In this document: positions 20,287-30,702 of the stretch, in pieces
Position numbering within the stretch: position 1 is the first letter of the stretch
Layout of the letters: the number at the start of each line of letters is the position of its first letter
Assembly (NCBI GenBank): GCA_963830685.1
Contig: CAWHNF010000002.1
Location: forward strand, 446,777-510,776
DNA: 64,000 nucleotides
Direction of reading: 5' to 3'
Source of the DNA: an uncultured Alphaproteobacteria bacterium
GTDB taxonomy: Bacteria > Pseudomonadota > Alphaproteobacteria > Sphingomonadales > Sphingomonadaceae
Notes under the pieces: model-generated
Databases searched by the model: none
What the model was told of the DNA's origin: nothing
The model's input: only the letters and a program-made list of their open reading frames with translations
Position numbers and translations under genes: made by a program

Positions 20287-20685
20287 CTAGTCACCGTCTA
20301 GATATAGACATCGGGCGTGGATAAAGAGGGCATTTCGGGCGTCTTCGGACAGCATTTCCCTCAACATGTCGTCAAACTGTGGACGTGCGTTCAACGTAGC
20401 GAGCTTAATCGCATGTATGAGCAAGGTTTCATCTAACCCGGCGCACGGACAGCAAGGGCGCCCAACTTCAAACCGCTCTGGCCACACATAGTCGATTGTG
20501 GCCATCAACAGTCCAAACCTCCGCGCGGTCAGCTGCGAGCCTAGGCACTCTGACATCCGTGGCAACGGGTTTTGCCCCGCAGCTGATATAATACACCATA
20601 TCCGCGCTGCCATTATGTGGCGCGCGCAGCGCGAATGAATTTCGCTCAACCTTATGGGTTTGGGCAGGAATTGATCAACCAGCAT
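20287..20685 (-). CDS. Hypothetical protein with RPCC motif, probably iron-regulated
   Basis: ATG 20685 with GGAG RBS; WP.RF...RPCC...DE motif; Fur-like box just upstream. Confidence 0.65.
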   Translation of the reverse strand: MLVDQFLPKPIRLSEIHSRCARHIMAARIWCIISAAGQNPLPRMSECLGSQLTARRFGLLMATIDYVWPERFEVGRPCCPCAGLDETLLIHAIKLATLNARPQFDDMLREMLSEDARNALFIHARCLYLDGD

Positions 20686-20708
20686 GATATCTCCAAAAAG
20701 CAAATCTT

Positions 20709-20727
20709 ATTGCGAGTTATTATCATT
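20709..20727. promoter_or_regulatory. Putative Fur box
   Basis: attgcgagttattatcatt resembles the alphaproteobacterial TGCGAnTnnnTnTCA Fur site; lies 24-42 bp upstream of ATG 20685. Confidence 0.5.
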
Positions 20728-20861
20728 AGCAATAGCTGTTTTGAATTTGAGATGCCTTGATGTGTTCGTTTGCCCTTAATGTCCTCTCAGCCCACCGCTC
20801 AGAACATAAAATATTTTGCGATGGTCTTGATTTTGAAATGTGTCGTGCCCATTCTGGTTGA

Positions 20862-20961
20862 AGGACGGAAATCTCCCCTCCCTTTTCCGTCCTACCGGTG
20901 CCGTTATGCGGCACCACTCCCTGAACCTTGGCCACCCCGAATTTATTCGGGGTGGTTTTTT
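20862..20961 (+). ncRNA. Small RNA, alpha-r8 / suhB (MmgR/GsrN-like) family
   Basis: Hairpin aggacggaaa/tttccgtcct with CU-rich loop; hairpin ggtgccg/cggcacc; ACTCCCTGAACCTTGGCC segment; terminator ccaccccgaa/ttcggggtgg-T6; convergent with the N-formylglutamate amidohydrolase gene next to cpdR. Confidence 0.75.
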
Positions 20962-20971
20962 CTTGGTCGGG

Positions 20972-21856
20972 CTACTCGGCAGCTATCAGCGTCGATGAAC
21001 CTAATGCTTCGTCGGTCAACGCGTCGACAAGATTGGTTATCAATGCGCCCGTTTGCGCCAATCCGGCCCCTGGCTCTCGCAAATCGGAACCAAGATAAAG
21101 CGAACGATCCACCTCCAGTTGAACGGCGTGAATATTTGTCCGAGGCTTTGCATGGCGGTTAAGGATATACTCACCCGAATAAGGATGATTGAGCGCAACC
21201 GGATAACCGCTGCAACGAATGCGCTCCATCAGCAGCTCGGCATATTGCGACGCCGCGCTTTTTCCAAACCTGTCGCCGATGACAAATTGTGAAGCAGGGG
21301 CAGCGACATGCTGCCGAAGTGGCGGCATACTGTGCAAATCGAGCAGTACCGCTACCCCGAACTTCTCCCGCATCTGCTGCAATATTTGTGAGATTGCCGC
21401 ATGATAAGGCCGGTGAAAACTGGCTAACCTGTCTTCGATATCGTCAAGCTCGAACAGGCGCTTCCACAGATCACCATCGCCCGACAACCGGCGCGGGATC
21501 AAGCCAAGTCCGCCACGTTGTTTTGCGCCCGGGGTGGGATAACATTCGCGCTGCGCGCCGCGCACCATCTCGACATCCAGATCATTCTCGTCACGATTAA
21601 GGTCGATCCACGCGCGGGCCCGATGGGCTATAACGACCGGATATCCGAGCGCCACCGCCTTCCGCGCCAGCAAATCGGCGTAGCGGTCTTCAAGCCTTAC
21701 TAACGCCGCTCTGGGCAAGCGAAGAGCATCGAACACCGAATCGGGATAATCACGCCCTGCGTGCGGAACCGACAGCAGCACCGGACGCGACAAGATATCG
21801 GTGCCAAACACTGAAAACCCGGTATCGCTTGCGTTTGTCATCGACTCCCTTTTCAA
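20972..21856 (-). CDS. N-formylglutamate amidohydrolase
   Basis: SVPHAGRDYP, RAWIDLNR, LLDLHSMP, N.PYSG, QLEVDRSLY. Confidence 0.92.
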   Translation of the reverse strand: MKRESMTNASDTGFSVFGTDILSRPVLLSVPHAGRDYPDSVFDALRLPRAALVRLEDRYADLLARKAVALGYPVVIAHRARAWIDLNRDENDLDVEMVRGAQRECYPTPGAKQRGGLGLIPRRLSGDGDLWKRLFELDDIEDRLASFHRPYHAAISQILQQMREKFGVAVLLDLHSMPPLRQHVAAPASQFVIGDRFGKSAASQYAELLMERIRCSGYPVALNHPYSGEYILNRHAKPRTNIHAVQLEVDRSLYLGSDLREPGAGLAQTGALITNLVDALTDEALGSSTLIAAE

Positions 21857-21975
21857 TCGAGCCGATATTTGCCACGTTTTTTGCGAATTGGTGCAAAAAA
21901 ATTAAATCTCTGCAATTATGGTGCAGGGCAACGGCGTAGTCAGGAAATCTGCGCAAAGGATATTGAGGACACATA

Positions 21976-22353
21976 ATGACCCGCATACTGCTAGCCGAAG
22001 ATGAACAGGCAATGCGCGAATATCTCGCACGCGCGCTGGAGCGTTCCGGCTATGAAGTTGTGGCCGTCGACCGAGGGACTGAAGCCGCACCGTTGCTGGA
22101 GGCTGAGCATTTCGATCTGTTGTTGACCGATATTGTCATGCCCGAAATGGACGGCATCGAACTCGCGCGCCATTGCAGCAAGGTTTCTCCAGCCACCGAA
22201 GTCATGTTCATTACGGGCTTTTCAGGTGTCGCGTTGCGCGCCGGCGAATTGATGCCAAGCGCTAAAATCCTGTCGAAGCCCTTCCATCTCAAAGACCTCG
22301 TTCTCGAAGTCGAGCGACTGTTCGCCAAGGAAAGTTTCGGCGAACTGAAATAG
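21976..22353 (+). CDS. cpdR: Single-domain response regulator CpdR
   Basis: MTRILLAEDE, LLTDIVMPEMDGIELA, MFITGF, LSKPFHLKDLV; conserved hutG-cpdR-tRNA-Val arrangement. Confidence 0.92.
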   Translation: MTRILLAEDEQAMREYLARALERSGYEVVAVDRGTEAAPLLEAEHFDLLLTDIVMPEMDGIELARHCSKVSPATEVMFITGFSGVALRAGELMPSAKILSKPFHLKDLVLEVERLFAKESFGELK

Positions 22354-22396
22354 GCTTGAATGATAAGGCAAGCCCAGCTAGAGGCTGCCGCAGCGT

Positions 22397-22471
22397 GGGC
22401 GTATAGCTCAGTGGTAGAGCACTGTGTTGACATCGCAGGGGTCGCAAGTTCAATCCTTGCTACGCCCACCA
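22397..22471 (+). tRNA. tRNA-Val(GAC)
   Basis: GGGCGTA acceptor stem pairing with TACGCCC-ACCA; anticodon arm ctgtg-ttGACat-cgcag; GTTCAAT T-loop. Confidence 0.97.
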
Positions 22472-22484
22472 TTTCCCCTTGATG

Positions 22485-23558
22485 TCAGCTCTTACTAGGC
22501 GCTTTTCCAAACCATCGCTTGTGCGCCCGGGTAAAGGCGCTGAGGTCGCTGTAGCCCAACAACAGAGCAATCTCCCCAAGCGGACGTTTGTCTTCCATTA
22601 CATACAACGCGCACAAATCCTGCCGAACAAGGTCAAGAAGTTCGCGGAAAGGAAGGCCCTCTTCCACGAGTTTCCGCCGCAAGGTCCGTTCGCTCATCCC
22701 GAACGACTTTGCCATGCGAGCGAGTGTCGGCGGCGATTTGTCGACTTCGTTGGACAGATAGAAATAGCTGTAAGCCAAATGCACCTTGCCTTTAGCCATC
22801 CAGTTCGCCGGCTGCTGGTAACGCTCCGATGCGGCATCGAATAACGCTGCGTTGGCAAATGGCGATGGCCGGAACACCTGTCTCGCAGCAATTTCCATGC
22901 GCGTCTGCGGCATGGAAAATTCCACGGGGCAGCCAAAAGCGGATTCATATTTGGCAACATCAAAACGCGGTCTGTGCCGGAAATGTACCGCACGCAGTAG
23001 CGGCGGTTCGCCCAGTATCTGTCGTGACAGCCTAGCATAAGTCGCCACCGAAAACTCGATAAATGCGGCATAGGCGTCGGTATAATCGGGGTGACACTCC
23101 CATGTCAGATAAGGTGGCTTGCCAGCGGGATCGAATGTGGTGCGAAACATATTCTGGCGCAGCTGCTGGATTCGGATATTGGCTTCGATTACCGACGCCA
23201 AATTGGCCTCCAGCCGCGTCGCGTACCCAAGGTCGGAAAAGTTCTGCATCGACGCCTTTTCCCCAATCCGCAGATGCACCGACGGGTCGTTAAAATGCTG
23301 CTCCAGCATGTGAAAAAAGCGCAAGACGATCTGCGACGACAGTCGGCTGAGGGGATTACGCAGGCGGGCTTCGTCAATACCAACGGCACTCAGCATCGCA
23401 CGCCGGTCGCCGCCTTCGGCGACCGCAGCACGGACAATACGGACCAGTAGGCTGGCCGACATGGTGTCCGGCGCAACCGCCCTGCCGTCGTCCAACAATG
23501 TGTTGATCCAGCTGTAAATCCTGTCGCTCCCCAATGACGTAAGGGAAAGCTTGAACAT
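22485..23558 (-). CDS. AraC-family regulator (arabinose-binding-like N-terminal domain)
   Basis: C-terminal MSERTLRRKL..EG..F..LLD.VR; IALLLGYSDLSAFTRAHKRWFG; start uncertain (the longer ORF-track start overlaps the neighbouring gene). Confidence 0.85.
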   Translation of the reverse strand: MFKLSLTSLGSDRIYSWINTLLDDGRAVAPDTMSASLLVRIVRAAVAEGGDRRAMLSAVGIDEARLRNPLSRLSSQIVLRFFHMLEQHFNDPSVHLRIGEKASMQNFSDLGYATRLEANLASVIEANIRIQQLRQNMFRTTFDPAGKPPYLTWECHPDYTDAYAAFIEFSVATYARLSRQILGEPPLLRAVHFRHRPRFDVAKYESAFGCPVEFSMPQTRMEIAARQVFRPSPFANAALFDAASERYQQPANWMAKGKVHLAYSYFYLSNEVDKSPPTLARMAKSFGMSERTLRRKLVEEGLPFRELLDLVRQDLCALYVMEDKRPLGEIALLLGYSDLSAFTRAHKRWFGKAPSKS

Positions 23559-23623
23559 GCCCTGCGGTTGAAGGCAAGCGTCATTTTCAGCGGGTTGCGG
23601 GGCACATTTTTGCTCGCTAAGCC

Positions 23624-24403
23624 TTGAGAATGAACCTTGCCTCCATCCTTGCCCGGTTCGAACCGGGCTCCGTATCGCACCGCATTTCAATCCCGCCCAG
23701 TTGGCATCAGGGACGGACATCCTATGGCGGGTTGAGCTCGGTACTCGCGTATCAGGCCGCCAAGCTTGCCGGCGAGGACCTGCCGCCGCTGCAATCCGCG
23801 CAGATTGCCTTTGTCGGTCCGCTCGCAGGAGATGTCGAGGTGACGGCAAAGGTCCTGCGCCGCGGCAAGAACACTGCCTTCGTCAAGTCTGAAATCAGTG
23901 GCGCAGATGGCGTCGGGCTTTCGTGCACATTCATTTTCATGAACCGGCGGCATAGCCATCTGGATTATGAAGGTTTGGAGCGTCCCGAATTTCCACCGAT
24001 CCCCACCGCCGAAAACGCGCGCAGCGGTCCGCCAGAATTCTTCACGGGGCATATGCAATATCCCGACAAAAGGTTGGAGCTCGGCCTTGCGACGAACCGT
24101 CTGGCTAGCTGGCATCGCTTTACCGAGCATGACGGACTGGATCATATCGCTGAACTCATCTGCATCGGCGACGCGCTGCCACCCTCTGCCATGGGGCTAA
24201 TGACCGAAAAGGGCATGGTCAGCTCCATGAACTGGCAGATCAACATGCTGACCGATGCGCCTGCCACAAAGGATGGCTGGTGGTATCTGACTAGCGAAAC
24301 GCACCACGCAGGTAATGGCGCAAGCAGCCAGTATATGACCGCATGGAACAGCGACGGCGAACCTATGCTGACCGGAATGCAGTCGGTCGCGATATTCGTT
24401 TAG
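23624..24403 (+). CDS. Acyl-CoA thioesterase family protein
   Basis: WHQGRTSYGG, LRRGKN, DALPP, hot-dog fold pattern. Confidence 0.88.
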   Translation: MRMNLASILARFEPGSVSHRISIPPSWHQGRTSYGGLSSVLAYQAAKLAGEDLPPLQSAQIAFVGPLAGDVEVTAKVLRRGKNTAFVKSEISGADGVGLSCTFIFMNRRHSHLDYEGLERPEFPPIPTAENARSGPPEFFTGHMQYPDKRLELGLATNRLASWHRFTEHDGLDHIAELICIGDALPPSAMGLMTEKGMVSSMNWQINMLTDAPATKDGWWYLTSETHHAGNGASSQYMTAWNSDGEPMLTGMQSVAIFV

Positions 24404-25641
24404 CGCGCCATTAGTTCCCTCTCGGCATCGCCGATATAATCCCGCGTAATCGGCAAAGCGCGGCGGTTTCGGGTGAACTGGATTTGGTAATTGCCCATCC
24501 CGCCCGATTTAAACGCTGCGGTTGCCCCCGACAGGTAGAATGTCCACATCCGGTAGAACCGCGCGTCATATTGCGCGATGATGGCCTCGCGATTGGTTTG
24601 CACCCGCTTATACCATTCGCGCAGCGTCATTGCATAATGCAGCCGCAGCGTTTCGACATCGCTGGCGATTAATTTGACCTTTTCGCTGGCGGCCAGTGTT
24701 TCGGACAGCGCCGGAATATAGCCCCCCGGAAAAATATATTTGCGGGTGAAAGCATCGGTACTGCCGGGTTTACCAAAGCGGCCGATGGTATGCAGCAGCA
24801 TCACGCCGTCATCTTTCAGCAAATTGGCGCATGCCAGGAAGAAAGTGTCGAACTGTGGTACACCGACATGTTCGAACATACCGACCGAGACGATGCGGTC
24901 GAAATAGCCCGGCGCGCGTTTTGCCAGCACGCGATAATCAAGCAGTTCGAACCTGACCTTATCGGCAACCCCGGCGGCTTCTGCCCGTTCGCGCGCCAGC
25001 TTCAGTTGCTCGGTGCTGAGCGTGATACCCAGCACTTCCACCCCGGCGACCTTGTTCAGATATAGCGCCATCCCACCCCAGCCGCAGCCGATATCGAGCA
25101 CCTTCTGTCCCGGCTGGAGTGCCAGCTTCGCAGCGATGTGGGCTTTCTTTGCAAGTTGCGCCCGCTCCAACGTATCATCCGCTTCTGACCAATAAGCACA
25201 GCTATATTGCATGTCTTCATCGAGCCATAGCCGGTAGAAATCGTTCGAAAGATCGTAATGGTGGGCAACGTTCGCTCTTGAATTGGCCAATGAGTTGAGC
25301 TGCTGAAACGGACGAGCGACCTGTCCGAATAATTTCTTCAGCGGTTTTTTGTCACCAATCTCGCCACCCTTTTCCCACGGGTTGTTGCGCCGGACCAGCT
25401 CGACAAGGCCCATGATGTCATCATCATCGACCGTGACACCGCCGTCCATATAGGCTTCACCCAGACCCAGCCGCGGATTGAGCAATATGCGACGCTCGGC
25501 ATTTGCTGATACCATCCGCAAGGTAACATCGGGCCATCCTGCCGCTGCAGTGCCGAAAACTTGCGCCTCGCCCTTTTGGTTGATGACCGTCAACGAGCCC
25601 TTATGGATACGGCCGCTTAAAATGCGTTCGAGTAATCCCAA
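24400..25641 (-). CDS. cfa: Cyclopropane-fatty-acyl-phospholipid synthase
   Basis: HHYDLSN, QYSCAYW, VLDIGCGWG, SVGMFEHVG, YIFPGG. Confidence 0.93.
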   Translation of the reverse strand: MGLLERILSGRIHKGSLTVINQKGEAQVFGTAAAGWPDVTLRMVSANAERRILLNPRLGLGEAYMDGGVTVDDDDIMGLVELVRRNNPWEKGGEIGDKKPLKKLFGQVARPFQQLNSLANSRANVAHHYDLSNDFYRLWLDEDMQYSCAYWSEADDTLERAQLAKKAHIAAKLALQPGQKVLDIGCGWGGMALYLNKVAGVEVLGITLSTEQLKLARERAEAAGVADKVRFELLDYRVLAKRAPGYFDRIVSVGMFEHVGVPQFDTFFLACANLLKDDGVMLLHTIGRFGKPGSTDAFTRKYIFPGGYIPALSETLAASEKVKLIASDVETLRLHYAMTLREWYKRVQTNREAIIAQYDARFYRMWTFYLSGATAAFKSGGMGNYQIQFTRNRRALPITRDYIGDAERELMAR

Positions 25642-25721
25642 TGCAGTGCCTTCCGTAAAAGCGATGCCCTCTGCTTCGAACCCGTCGGCGATAATGTTAC
25701 AAAATCATGGCCTTGCCAAGC

Positions 25722-26987
25722 CTATCCAAGCGCTGCCTGTTTTTCTTCGGCCAGCCGGTCGAGTTCGGCGCGGCTCTTTTTCTCGCTCGACGATTTGAGC
25801 TGACCGCACGCCGCCATGATATCGCGACCGCGGGGTGTCCGGATGGGCGCGCTGATGCCGGCTTCGAAAATGATGCTCGAAAATCGCTTGATGCGCTCGG
25901 GGTCGGAGCATTCATAAGGCGCGCCGGGCCATGGGTTGAACGGGATCAGGTTGACCTTTGCGGGCAATTTATACTGCCGGATTAAACGCACAAGCTCGCG
26001 CGCATCCTCGTCGCTGTCATTCTTGTCCTTCAGCATGACATATTCGAAGGTGATCCGCCGTGCGTTCGAGACACCGGGATATTCGGCACAAGCGCGCAAA
26101 AGTTCGTCGATGCCATATTTGCGGTTGATCGGCACGATTTCGTCGCGAATTTCCTTGGTCACCGCGTGCAACGACACCGCTAGATTGACGTTAATCTCCT
26201 CGCCTGCCCGCTCCATCATCGGTACCACGCCCGACGTCGAGAGCGTTATTCGCCGCCGCGACAGGCCAAGCCCGTCGCCGTGCATGACAATCTTCATGGC
26301 ATCCCGCACATTGTCGAAATTATACAACGGCTCGCCCATGCCCATCAAAACGATGTTGGTGAGCATCCGGCCATCGGCGGTATAGTGCCCGACATCGTCG
26401 TCCTCTTCATCGTCCTCGTTGGCGACCGCCATATTGCCCTTTGGCCATTCGCCGAGCGCATCGCGCGCCAACATGACCTGCCCGACGATTTCTCCGGGGG
26501 TCAGGTTGCGCACCAGCCGCATCGTGCCGGTATGGCAAAAACGGCAGTTCAGCGTGCAACCGACCTGCGAAGAAATGCACAAGGTCCCGCGATCCGCATC
26601 GGGGATGAACACCATTTCATAATCCTGCGCGTCGTCGGTACGCAGCAGCCATTTGCGCGTACCGTCGGTCGATACCTGCGCCTCTACAACTTCAGGCCGT
26701 CCGATAACGAAGCGGTCAGCAAGCCAAGGCCGCATGGTTTTGGAAATGTCGGTCATCGCCTCGAAATCGGTCACACCGCGATGGTAAATCCAGTGAAACA
26801 CCTGCTTCGACCGAAGCTTCGCGGCCTTTTCGTCAAGCTGCGATTCTTCGAACAGCTGCCGGATTTGCAGATGGCTCAAACCCATCAGGTCAATACGCCC
26901 ATCGGAACGCGGAGTGATGGCGCGCGGGGTTACTACGGGGTCGATATGGCCGGGAATCTGCATGATGACCGGGCCTATAGGGAACAA
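25722..26987 (-). CDS. rlmN: Dual-specificity RNA methyltransferase RlmN
   Basis: [15 protein letters not shown] radical-SAM motif, [19 protein letters not shown]. Confidence 0.97.
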   Translation of the reverse strand: MFPIGPVIMQIPGHIDPVVTPRAITPRSDGRIDLMGLSHLQIRQLFEESQLDEKAAKLRSKQVFHWIYHRGVTDFEAMTDISKTMRPWLADRFVIGRPEVVEAQVSTDGTRKWLLRTDDAQDYEMVFIPDADRGTLCISSQVGCTLNCRFCHTGTMRLVRNLTPGEIVGQVMLARDALGEWPKGNMAVANEDDEEDDDVGHYTADGRMLTNIVLMGMGEPLYNFDNVRDAMKIVMHGDGLGLSRRRITLSTSGVVPMMERAGEEINVNLAVSLHAVTKEIRDEIVPINRKYGIDELLRACAEYPGVSNARRITFEYVMLKDKNDSDEDARELVRLIRQYKLPAKVNLIPFNPWPGAPYECSDPERIKRFSSIIFEAGISAPIRTPRGRDIMAACGQLKSSSEKKSRAELDRLAEEKQAALG

Positions 26988-27015
26988 CGCGGTTAAATGC
27001 CAGTAATGCTGCGGC

Positions 27016-28038
27016 TCAATTATGGACGATGGTTACCTTGGTCCCAGGCGCTTGATCGGTGATGGTGACTTTCGCCTCCAATTGCCTAGCCAGTGCTTCG
27101 ACAATGCCGGTACCCAATCCCGGTTTACCGCCGCCTGCATCTTTCGGCATGCCTATACCATTATCCCCGATGACAAGCGTCCACGCATCGCCGTCCGATT
27201 TATAATCAACTTTGATCGAACCTTCTTGGGTCCGACCCGGAAACGCATGTTTGAGCGAGTTGATTACCAGCTCGGTAACAATCAGGCCAAGGCTAACCGA
27301 AGTGTCCGGGTCAACAACGCTGTCATCAATGTGGGTGGTCAGCGACAGCCGATCGGGATCGCTGATCATCGATGCGCCAATGCTCTGGCACAGATCCTTG
27401 AAATAGGTCGCCAGAGCAACATTATCTACCGAAACTGTCGACAGATGCTTTTGCAGCATCGCAATCGACATCACGCGATTATGGGCATCGCGAAGCTGGT
27501 CGCGGCTTTCGTTCGACTGCACCTTACGCGCGCTTTGCAGCAGCACACTGGCGATGATTTGCAGGCTATTGGCAACGCGGTGCTGGATTTCCTGCAGCAG
27601 CAATTGCTTGTCGCGCACAAGGTCATCCTTGACCTTTTCGGCCAACCGCTTTGCCGTAACGTCGGTGACCGCAAGCACGACACGGATGCTTTCAGCCTCG
27701 AAATAATCGAGCGTATGGGCGTTGATCAGCAGACGCAGCGTGTCCTTGCCCGCGCGCACCAGATCCATTTCGTAGACATCGATAGCCGCGTTACCCGCAA
27801 CGGTCGCCTTCAGCAGCGAGTTCAGTTGGCGCACGTTCCATTCGCCGTCGCCCAGCTCGGCCAATGGCCTGCCGTTGACCGCGGCCAGATCAAGATCGAA
27901 CGCCTGGCAAAAAGAATTGCTTGCCGCGATGACGGTCAAATCTTCTTTGAGCAGCACAAGTGGCGCGAAAGACGATGAAATCAACGCAATCGACATATTG
28001 TCGGCGTGTTCGGGCAGGCGTGTCACTAATTTTTCCAT
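27016..28038 (-). CDS. Soluble PAS-HisKA_2 sensor histidine kinase
   Basis: [14 protein letters not shown]-box, [18 protein letters not shown]. Confidence 0.92.
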   Translation of the reverse strand: MEKLVTRLPEHADNMSIALISSSFAPLVLLKEDLTVIAASNSFCQAFDLDLAAVNGRPLAELGDGEWNVRQLNSLLKATVAGNAAIDVYEMDLVRAGKDTLRLLINAHTLDYFEAESIRVVLAVTDVTAKRLAEKVKDDLVRDKQLLLQEIQHRVANSLQIIASVLLQSARKVQSNESRDQLRDAHNRVMSIAMLQKHLSTVSVDNVALATYFKDLCQSIGASMISDPDRLSLTTHIDDSVVDPDTSVSLGLIVTELVINSLKHAFPGRTQEGSIKVDYKSDGDAWTLVIGDNGIGMPKDAGGGKPGLGTGIVEALARQLEAKVTITDQAPGTKVTIVHN

Positions 28039-28189
28039 GGCACTCAGCCGTCATGAACTGGAGACTCGCGGTGCGAAAGCCATACCCAGGCGTAATGTCC
28101 CGCAACAAAAATTATTGAAACGACGGAACAAAATCGGCGTAACAGACATTTTACATCGGCGTGAGTCAATTCGGCGGAATTGCGGAACG

Positions 28190-28765
28190 TTATTTCGCCG
28201 TACTGACGCACCCCAAAGCCGCTGCATCAATCGCGCTCGGTGCCCCGCGCAGCGAATAGGCATCGACAATCGAACGGCCATTTCGTCCTATGCTCTCAAC
28301 ACTCAACGAAGTTGCGGAACGCATTGCTGCGATAACCGCCAAATCCATCCGGCGGTCGGTGGCCCAGCCCGAGCTGCCATCGACCTTCAGGCGGAAACGG
28401 CGGCCTCCGGCGCTGAGCGTGATACCGCTATTCGAAGAACGCTCTCGTGAAAGCCGGACATAAATCTGGTGCGTGACGCGTCGCTTGGGCCAGAATCCTA
28501 TCGACAGATAGCCATTACGAGTTGGTGTACCGACGGTTTCCTCTGGCGCGGATATGGCATAGCAGCGCGGGGTTGCGGGATCGCGGAAGGCCGCCCATCC
28601 CTGATAAACACCCAGACGATCCTTGGCCGCCAAGGGCGCGGCAAAGAGTATCAGCAAACACACCAAACCCGTTCGTGTCGAGCGAAGACGAGACACCCAT
28701 CCGGCGCGCGCAACCTCATGGCATCTCGACTGCGCTCGATGCGAACGGATTGGGGGATTGTTCAA
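28190..28765 (-). CDS. Invasion-associated locus B-like secreted protein
   Basis: W.AFRD...RCYAI, AMRS...L.V...YSL.G...AIDAA; typical position upstream of rlmN; true start probably later. Confidence 0.7.
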   Translation of the reverse strand: MNNPPIRSHRAQSRCHEVARAGWVSRLRSTRTGLVCLLILFAAPLAAKDRLGVYQGWAAFRDPATPRCYAISAPEETVGTPTRNGYLSIGFWPKRRVTHQIYVRLSRERSSNSGITLSAGGRRFRLKVDGSSGWATDRRMDLAVIAAMRSATSLSVESIGRNGRSIVDAYSLRGAPSAIDAAALGCVSTAK

Positions 28766-29445
28766 GCCCTTTCCCCCTGCCCTTCGCCGTCGATCACCAG
28801 CTCCTCGACGCCGTCGCGGATCATCACCATGCTGCCTTGCGCGAGGCTCGGCGCTATCGGCGCATCGAACCCTTCCATCGCTGCGTGCCCTAATAGCAAG
28901 CCACGCAAAACCCGCGCGGTCATGCCGTGGCAGATAACGAGCATATCCTGTTCGAATGCCTGCTCGCTTATCCAGTGCGATAACCGCGCCGCGACGTCAT
29001 CATACCACTCGCCGCCGTCAGGCCGGACCAAAAACAGTTTGTGTTCCATATCGACAATCGGCCCGATTTCAGCCGAAATATCGGCATAAGTCCGGCTTGA
29101 CCAGCTACCGACATCGATCTCAAGCAAACGGTCGTCGCGGCGCGTCTGGTGCCAATCGGCATCAATCTCATCGGCCACAATCGCCAGCGTTTGCAACGCT
29201 CTTCCGGCCGTGGATGACCAAAGCTGAGGCCTGTCATCACCGCCGAGATAGTTCGCCAGCGACCGGCCCATCATCTTGGCCTGAACGCAACCTTCCCAGG
29301 TCAGCGGCGTATGCACCTCGGCCTGACCCTGCATCCGCGCGATCTTGTTGAACACCGTCTCCCCATGCCGCGCGATGAAAAGCCGTTTACCATTTGTCGA
29401 AATCCCCATAATTGGCCTTATTCCACAGCTTATTACACTTGGCAA
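28762..29445 (-). CDS. Histidine phosphatase family protein
   Basis: ARHGET, E..G.W, VICHG. Confidence 0.9.
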   Translation of the reverse strand: MPSVISCGIRPIMGISTNGKRLFIARHGETVFNKIARMQGQAEVHTPLTWEGCVQAKMMGRSLANYLGGDDRPQLWSSTAGRALQTLAIVADEIDADWHQTRRDDRLLEIDVGSWSSRTYADISAEIGPIVDMEHKLFLVRPDGGEWYDDVAARLSHWISEQAFEQDMLVICHGMTARVLRGLLLGHAAMEGFDAPIAPSLAQGSMVMIRDGVEELVIDGEGQGERA

Positions 29446-29551
29446 AAGCTATCGGCTTGCCCTACCGGACAAAGCCATTAAGACAGAATCGGCATAGAAA
29501 TAGGGTTTTTCGGCGGCTGTACGAACCGCCAACCCGATTAGGGGATTTTGA

Positions 29552-30667
29552 ATGAGAGCCACCATAGAACGCGCGACCCTGCTGAAAAGCCTGAGCCACG
29601 TCCAGTCGGTGGTCGAACGGCGCAACACCATTCCCATATTGTCCAACGTCCTGATCGAAGCCAGCGATGGCGGCAAGATCAAATTGACCGCGACTGACCT
29701 CGACCTGCAAATCGTCGAAACCTTTGCCGCCGATGTTGAAACGCCCGGCGCGACCACGGTATCCGCACACACATTGTTCGAAATTGCGCGCAAATTGCCG
29801 GAAGGCAGCCAAGTCCAGCTCCACGCCGCCGATGGCCGCATGGCAGTCAACGCCGGACGCGCGCGGTTCAGCCTTTCGACATTGCCGCGCGATGATTTCC
29901 CGATGATTGCCGAAGGCGATTTGCCGACCTCGTTCGAAATCCCGGCGTCCTCGCTGGTCCAGATTATCGACAAGACGCGATTTGCGATTTCGACCGAAGA
30001 AACGCGTTATTATCTGAACGGCATCTTCCTACATGTTACCGACGATGCCGAGCCTGTTCTGAAGGCAGCAGCTACCGACGGCCACCGCCTCGCGCGCGTG
30101 ACGCTGCCACGTCCAGCGGGCGCAGAAAACATGCCCGACATCATCGTGCCGCGCAAATGCGTTGCCGAAATTCGCAAACTGCTCGACGAAAGCGGCGATA
30201 ATTCGATTCAGGTCGACCTGTCGGCGAGCAAGATCCGCTTCACTTTCGATAGCGTCATTCTGACATCGAAGCTTATCGACGGCACCTTCCCCGATTACAG
30301 CCGGGTCATTCCGACCGGTAACGACAAGCTGCTGCGTATCGACCCCAAAGCCTTCAGCCAAGGCGTCGACCGCGTCGCCACCATCGCCACTGAAAAAACC
30401 CGCGCCGTCAAAATGGCGCTCGATACCGACAAGATTACACTGTCGGTAACGTCGCCCGAAAATGGCACGGCAGCGGAAGAAGTGTCCGGCCAATATAGCA
30501 GCGACAGCTTCGAAATCGGTTTCAACGCGCGGTATCTGATGGACATATTGAGCGAGATCGAAGGCGACGTAGTCGAACTCCACCTCGCCGACGCCAGCGC
30601 ACCGACGCTCATTCGGGAAAATGACAAGAGCGCGGCTTTGTATGTCCTGATGCCAATGCGCGTTTAA
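29552..30667 (+). CDS. dnaN: DNA polymerase III beta clamp
   Basis: ERRNTIPILSNV, ATDLD, ATDGHRLA, GFNARYL, VLMPMRV. Confidence 0.98.
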   Translation: MRATIERATLLKSLSHVQSVVERRNTIPILSNVLIEASDGGKIKLTATDLDLQIVETFAADVETPGATTVSAHTLFEIARKLPEGSQVQLHAADGRMAVNAGRARFSLSTLPRDDFPMIAEGDLPTSFEIPASSLVQIIDKTRFAISTEETRYYLNGIFLHVTDDAEPVLKAAATDGHRLARVTLPRPAGAENMPDIIVPRKCVAEIRKLLDESGDNSIQVDLSASKIRFTFDSVILTSKLIDGTFPDYSRVIPTGNDKLLRIDPKAFSQGVDRVATIATEKTRAVKMALDTDKITLSVTSPENGTAAEEVSGQYSSDSFEIGFNARYLMDILSEIEGDVVELHLADASAPTLIRENDKSAALYVLMPMRV

Positions 30668-30674
30668 AAAGTTT

Positions 30675-30699
30675 CGACCAGAATATCATTCTGGTCGAG
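30675..30699. terminator. Hairpin between convergent genes
   Basis: tcgaccagaat-atc-attctggtcga perfect stem. Confidence 0.7.
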
Positions 30700-30702
30700 A
30701 TT

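Noticed and set aside
22397-23558. tRNA-Val as an integration site for an island starting at the AraC gene
   Set aside because: No integrase, no duplicated tRNA 3' end seen downstream, and no compositional shift.
26380-26420. Acidic insert (EDDEEDDD) in RlmN as a repeat insertion
   Set aside because: Low-complexity loop with no palindromic DNA signature.
29415-29430. DnaA-box-like sequence upstream of dnaN suggesting oriC
   Set aside because: A single imperfect match, with no box cluster, AT-rich unwinding element or dnaA.
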